A stretch of 47,455 nucleotides of DNA from Salisapilia sapeloensis CBS 127946 (lineage: Eukaryota; Protista; Oomycota): contig JAADVB010000146.1 in assembly GCA_023334545.1 (NCBI GenBank), positions 1-47,455 on the forward strand, read 5' to 3'. The notes under the pieces were generated by a model that saw nothing but the letters and a program-made list of their open reading frames with translations, searched no databases and was not told the origin of the DNA. Positions 42,954-47,455 of the stretch are shown piece by piece (the first letter of the stretch is position 1; the number at the start of each line of letters is the position of its first letter). The translations under genes were made by a program, and so were the position numbers.

Positions 42954-43499
42954 GTCACTCGTGCAAAGAGTAGTATGTCCGAGATAGATGCCGTCTTGTT
43001 GCCTACTCGAGAAGTTTTCATGCTGGATACTACACTAAAAGAATAAGTTGACATAAAAGAAATTAAATGTTTTCAGCATGTCTTTTAAGCTTTCACTTTA
43101 CTTGGTAATGTACATGGATCGAGTGGTGATGGTCATAATGATATAAAAAGAGTAGCAGTGGATTTGTCTTTGAACAGGACGATTGCTTTCTTCGCTTTCA
43201 TCTTGAACGACGTCTGGAAACTTGGAAGTACACGTTTAATGGTCTGTGCTAAATTCGACGTAGAGCAGTGCGTGGGGACTTTGGATAATGCTTCTGTCTA
43301 GAGACTGGGCTGATATTGAACGCTTACCTCTTCTGGACTTGGCCTCATCTATGGTATCATTTGGATAGAGGTTTCCATATCAATAAACGTTTTCTACTTT
43401 CATTAATACGTAGATCATACGAAGTACTTCATGCTAAATATGACTAATAAAATGTCTTCGTATGAAGTTGTTTGTTAGTCTATCCTTTCCGATGTACTT

Positions 43500-46400
43500 C
43501 TATAACTTGAGTAGATATGGAGCAAGTTGCTGGTTTTCTCTCTGCATCATCCACAATTGCTTGACGTAGAATACTGATAGTACAGTAAGTACAAGCCACA
43601 AGGAGCTAATGACCTCGATTATCTTGAGAGCATCGCTACCAGTTCCGGCTGCCATGTCCGTATACAACGTACTGGAAGCATATATGCCTAGAATAGAGGC
43701 AAGGAGATGCAGCCATACGTGGTGCTGGAGACGTAAGAGAGTAATTCGTATCATACCAAGCTCTTGCTGAAGTGTTTCCACTCGAGTCACTAGCGCTTCG
43801 CGTTTAGCCTGAAGTCCGAATTCTCCTCTTTCAGCACGCTCTAGAATTGACTTGGAAACGTCCGCTTCTCGGCCTTTCATGACACCTTCTGATCGATCAG
43901 CAATGTATCGCCCGGTGGCAGCAGAGAGTCGAAAGATAGTACCGGCGATCCACATAGCTACGATAATAATGACGATCGACAAGTCTAGCTCTTTGGATAG
44001 GCCAAAGATTTCTGCATCCACTACTTGGCTTTGAACGACGAAATGGAAAGCATGGATGGATGCAAGACCAATCGCACATACAAGGGCTGTCAATCCGATA
44101 GAGACGGGGAAGGCCAGAAATACTCGCTTCAAGATGCTGGAGGTGGGGAAGGCAAAGAGCGTGAACTGGAGAGCTATCACTACAAATAGATGAAGTGTTG
44201 TCTGGCCGATGAGCCACTTGATTTCGTCGACAATTGAATTTAACTGTGGATGAAAGGCTAGGATGTTGGACGAATTTAAAGCCCATTCATCGAAATGGAC
44301 GGTTGATTCTCCATCATACAAACAGAACAGTTCCAGGCGAGCCATAAGAGACGAAAGCACAGGTAGTGTTAGTATCGATGAGAGTGTTGTGAAACCCATA
44401 AACCTTCCAAGCCATCGATGCCACCATCGATCTAACTGATATTCTCGCAGGTCGATAAAGTTATCTTGAATCGCTACAAGTTTCAGCATGATCACCCTTC
44501 CACAAAGGGCCGAAGATGCAAGCAAAAGAAATGCCTTGACTAGTATGGTAACCAAAAACCACATTCTAGTCATCCCAAGAACGTCTTCTCCTAGTAGCAA
44601 GTAACCTTCAGAGGTATGTAGATTGTGTTCAATTGCATACGCGCAGGCTGACAAGTCAATCTTACGCGCCGAATAAAGCGCTTGCATCGCGTCAGCGCTT
44701 TCCATTTCATCTTTTTCGATGCCAAAATATATCCTCGTCGCCTGTTCCAGTTCCGCTAACATGCCTAGTAGAAAGTATGCAAAGATAGCAATCTCTAGTC
44801 CAAAGTTTAAATAGAAGCCTACAAGCTCGAGAAACGTGCCACTAAGTGGAGCTGTAAAGGCTGGTTGACCATCTACCAGCAATGCGTGACTGCATACTTC
44901 AGCGAATATTTCTTTCCCACTACTCGATTTCACTACCACTTTCTCGTCTCGATGTACCCACGCGACTTCTCCATCAACCATTGACACTTCCTTTGATGGT
45001 CCCTCTACTACCATCTCTACTTCGGTTCCAATACGAAGCTTTCGTAAGCACATGCGGACACGATCAAATGCTACATTTTTCTCTTGCTGGCCATCTCCAA
45101 AAGTAATTGTGTACGTGTTGTTATGCGGATGGATGGCAGTGACGGAGCCAAGCACTGTCTTGGCACCATGGGAAACTTCGACTTGACTTCCAACTGGGAG
45201 TAAGTTCCCAGGAAAAGCTAGCGTCGGAAGCTCAAACGTTGGACAGCACTCACTAAACGGAGACATAAATCGCGTCTGAATGTCTGTGTTTGGGACAGTC
45301 GTTTGCCTCGATTCCCCTGACGATCTATGCTCGTACTCGACGAGACAAGATCTATCCGATTGTACACGTACGATGACACCATCCTCCCAAACTTGTCTGC
45401 CAGACTTCTTATCTGGATGACAGAACCGGACTCTAGTACCTGGTCGTAAAGCAGGCGTACATGGACAGAGACTGAATCCAGACCATTGGGACATGGAAGG
45501 CATGGATAGCCATCCGATAGGACGCAACTTGTTACCACTCATGCGTTTAATCAGATCACCGTCCTCTTCATCTTCAATGTCGTAGTAAGGAATACTGCTT
45601 TCACCGTCATCCCACACTCGCATGACCACACCTCTTCTCTCTTCGCCGTTCTTCGTTCGATAGTAGACATTACTCCCAGGCTGGAACGTCTGAGCTGTCG
45701 ATCGTGCCCAAGGCTGTGTCATCCCGTTCGTCCGATTCGACCAAAGGCGCGTCAAATTCGATACTGGATGAACCGAATCCAATGGAATACGCTTGGACAC
45801 TACTTCTGTATCACTTTCATGCTCAATATCACATGCGTCTTCATCATCTCGAAGCTTTTTTACTCGGCCAACATGCTTTTCGCCTCTCTTGTCGCGAAAC
45901 TCGACTCGAATATTAACTTTGATTTTCGGCCGAGGTTTCCGCTTCTTGGGGGAGTCTCGATCACTTTCACTTCCAGAAGATTTTGTCTGCTTATGCTTCT
46001 TTTTCCTGCGACTACGAATACCACTATCACTATCCTCTTTATGTTCTTCACTACTACTGTCTTTCCGATCCTCTTTGCTCTTCCTCGGACGGATATCATT
46101 GTCGTCCGCCTCTTTGCGTGCTTTAATGTCAGTGGAAGCTATTCGCTTGACCATTTTCTCCGTGTCACTATCGATGATATCAAACTTTCCAGATGTACGA
46201 CATAATTTGATCACTCCAGGTTTCCAGTCTGTATCCTCCTCATCTTTAGACGCTTGACGATAGTACACACTATCGCCTACTTGGAACTTGGAGCTATCAG
46301 TCGCAAGCTCTCGATCTTTGCTTTCGGCATGGATACGTGTGCTAGCCACTCGCTTCTCGACTTTGCCAGTGTCTTCATATTGGACAGTAACTTCGCCACT

Positions 46401-46544
46401 TCGATGGACTCGAACGACTTCTGCCCATGATTTGATACTTTCGTCGTGCAGATCCTGCACTGCGACTCGATCACCTCTTTGGAATGCGGCTCGACTGGTT
46501 TGTCGCTTCGGTGAAGATACATCTTCATCGGAATCGTGCGGCAT
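43500..46544 (-). CDS. Protein with about 7 Tudor/Agenet/SH3-like beta-barrel repeats fused to a multi-pass membrane domain
   Basis: 1014-aa ORF. Repeats begin FQRGDRV, FQVGDSV, IKVNIRV, FQPGSNV, LRPGTRV, LPVGSQV and LRIGTEV, each followed by G-V/I-x-x-V/I and a K-R/N-V/I ending. About 8 hydrophobic helices in the C-terminal ~430 aa. Confidence 0.75.
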   Translation of the reverse strand: MPHDSDEDVSSPKRQTSRAAFQRGDRVAVQDLHDESIKSWAEVVRVHRSGEVTVQYEDTGKVEKRVASTRIHAESKDRELATDSSKFQVGDSVYYRQASKDEEDTDWKPGVIKLCRTSGKFDIIDSDTEKMVKRIASTDIKARKEADDNDIRPRKSKEDRKDSSSEEHKEDSDSGIRSRRKKKHKQTKSSGSESDRDSPKKRKPRPKIKVNIRVEFRDKRGEKHVGRVKKLRDDEDACDIEHESDTEVVSKRIPLDSVHPVSNLTRLWSNRTNGMTQPWARSTAQTFQPGSNVYYRTKNGEERRGVVMRVWDDGESSIPYYDIEDEEDGDLIKRMSGNKLRPIGWLSMPSMSQWSGFSLCPCTPALRPGTRVRFCHPDKKSGRQVWEDGVIVRVQSDRSCLVEYEHRSSGESRQTTVPNTDIQTRFMSPFSECCPTFELPTLAFPGNLLPVGSQVEVSHGAKTVLGSVTAIHPHNNTYTITFGDGQQEKNVAFDRVRMCLRKLRIGTEVEMVVEGPSKEVSMVDGEVAWVHRDEKVVVKSSSGKEIFAEVCSHALLVDGQPAFTAPLSGTFLELVGFYLNFGLEIAIFAYFLLGMLAELEQATRIYFGIEKDEMESADAMQALYSARKIDLSACAYAIEHNLHTSEGYLLLGEDVLGMTRMWFLVTILVKAFLLLASSALCGRVIMLKLVAIQDNFIDLREYQLDRWWHRWLGRFMGFTTLSSILTLPVLSSLMARLELFCLYDGESTVHFDEWALNSSNILAFHPQLNSIVDEIKWLIGQTTLHLFVVIALQFTLFAFPTSSILKRVFLAFPVSIGLTALVCAIGLASIHAFHFVVQSQVVDAEIFGLSKELDLSIVIIIVAMWIAGTIFRLSAATGRYIADRSEGVMKGREADVSKSILERAERGEFGLQAKREALVTRVETLQQELGMIRITLLRLQHHVWLHLLASILGIYASSTLYTDMAAGTGSDALKIIEVISSLWLVLTVLSVFYVKQLWMMQRENQQLAPYLLKL

Positions 46545-46610
46545 ACCGACAGGTTACAATTGAATACAGGTGCAAATTGAAACGAGCATAAAACGAAACA
46601 ACTTTATGCT

Positions 46611-46814
46611 TTAAATAGTTTTATTGACGCTCTCCTCTTCCTCTTCCTCTTCTGACTCATCATAATCACTTTTGTTTAAAAGTTCCTCTCCAGCTAACTC
46701 CTCCTCTAAAGCTTTTTCGAGTTCTGCCTCTACATCGATATCAGCGTCCTTTGCCTCCTTCTTTGGTCGCTTCACGTTGCGACTAGCTTCATCCTCTTCC
46801 CTTTGTCGTTTCAT
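46611..46814 (-). CDS. Short acidic ORF (67 aa) with NLS-like KRPKK; small protein or gene fragment
   Basis: MKRQREEDEASRNVKRPKKEAKD...ELEKALEEEL...EEEEEEE. Coding-like composition within AT-rich flanks, but no recognisable domain. Confidence 0.4.
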   Translation of the reverse strand: MKRQREEDEASRNVKRPKKEAKDADIDVEAELEKALEEELAGEELLNKSDYDESEEEEEEESVNKTI

Positions 46815-47289
46815 TTTGAACTTGATTAAAGTATGCGTGGTCCAGCTTCGTAGTTGATATAAAATGTATCCATCTAGCTTGTCGATTGGAATGAAGTTTT
46901 GATATTGGATCTCTACTTGATATATAGTCGTCGCCACTAAACCTTGCTCTTGCTTCCGCTTATCCGTAAACCGAAGAGCATCGCAGTTTTTAATTCGAAT
47001 TGGAAATCTTCTAACATGAGGTCTTGCAAATGTGTATTAATGAAAGCTTCAACCTACTCCATCTATAGCCTTGCTCAATCGTAAAACTACTACAGGTTCT
47101 TGCTCTTATAGGTACCGAGCAACACATGCGATATATTGATAGGAAAGCTAGCAGCCATGCTTGTTCAAGAATATACACTTCCATTTACTTCTCTCAAGAG
47201 TAAATAATGAATGAATTAGGCCGTGTTCGCGCCGAGTACCAATTCGCCAAATTTTGGGATTCACATTTCGCAACTCTATTAATGATTAT

Positions 47290-47331
47290 CGACTCGGGCA
47301 ATTCTGAGCGAACGCAGAATTGCCCGATTCG
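47290..47331. repeat. Inverted repeat/hairpin: 13-bp perfect stem, 8-nt loop
   Basis: TCGGGCAATTCTG (47294-47306) pairs with CAGAATTGCCCGA (47315-47327). The stem extends 3 more bp after one mismatch. Confidence 0.85.
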
Positions 47332-47455
47332 GATTAGCTACATGTTATGGAAATCTAATGCATCACTTTGATATAACTTTCTCCCACTATATCAAATGCA
47401 CATGCGAGTGTTCTGTACTGGCAATGAAGATGTGAATTCATATTCTTGGTCTATC

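Noticed and set aside
43863-43877. 15-nt match CGCTTCTCGGCCTTT to the 5' end of U2 snRNA
   Set aside because: It lies antisense within the long ORF (codons for KGREA). The match breaks immediately, with no branch-point recognition sequence (GTGTAGTA) or Sm site following. Coincidence.
47290-47345. Hairpin as a Helitron 3' terminus or rho-independent terminator
   Set aside because: No CTRR at the expected distance on either strand and no U-tract. The context is eukaryotic.
1-47455. Prokaryote-type systems (CRISPR array, operons, defence islands, IS elements)
   Set aside because: Spliceosomal introns and eukaryotic gene content throughout; no repeat-spacer arrays or transposase ORFs seen.

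Overview
Eukaryotic, gene-dense genomic DNA, almost certainly from an oomycete. Support for that: oomycete-type WRKY19-like C/H-Gly repeat protein, the oomycete multi-pass transmembrane family ending HFGxDxTFQF, and INR-FPR-like core promoters. The species cannot be assigned from sequence alone. I can model about 21 protein-coding genes, many split by very short GT-AG introns (mostly 46-70 nt) that I resolved by hand. Housekeeping genes: ASNSD1, an Elongin-B-like protein, prolyl 4-hydroxylase, PPIL1, YIP1, BCAT, eIF4G and the CCA-adding enzyme. There are two RCC1-repeat Rab regulators with unusual architectures (PX/BAR-like-RCC1-TBC and VARP-like-VPS9-RCC1), a membrane-anchored S8 subtilisin, and a protein with 7 Tudor-like repeats fused to a multi-pass membrane domain. 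Interleaved with these are two three-member paralog families. One is secreted EEP (endonuclease/exonuclease/phosphatase) enzymes with acidic stalks and a C-terminal C-x4-RLR tail; the other is alpha/beta-hydrolase monoglyceride-lipase/lysophospholipase-like genes. Two lipase/EEP pairs are physically linked. No rRNA, tRNA, CRISPR or intact transposase was recognised. One GC-balanced 650-nt segment (about 11.1-11.75 kb) is unexplained, and a hairpin plus a possible transposon end lie near the right edge. All calls come from motif recognition by eye; no database searches were run.
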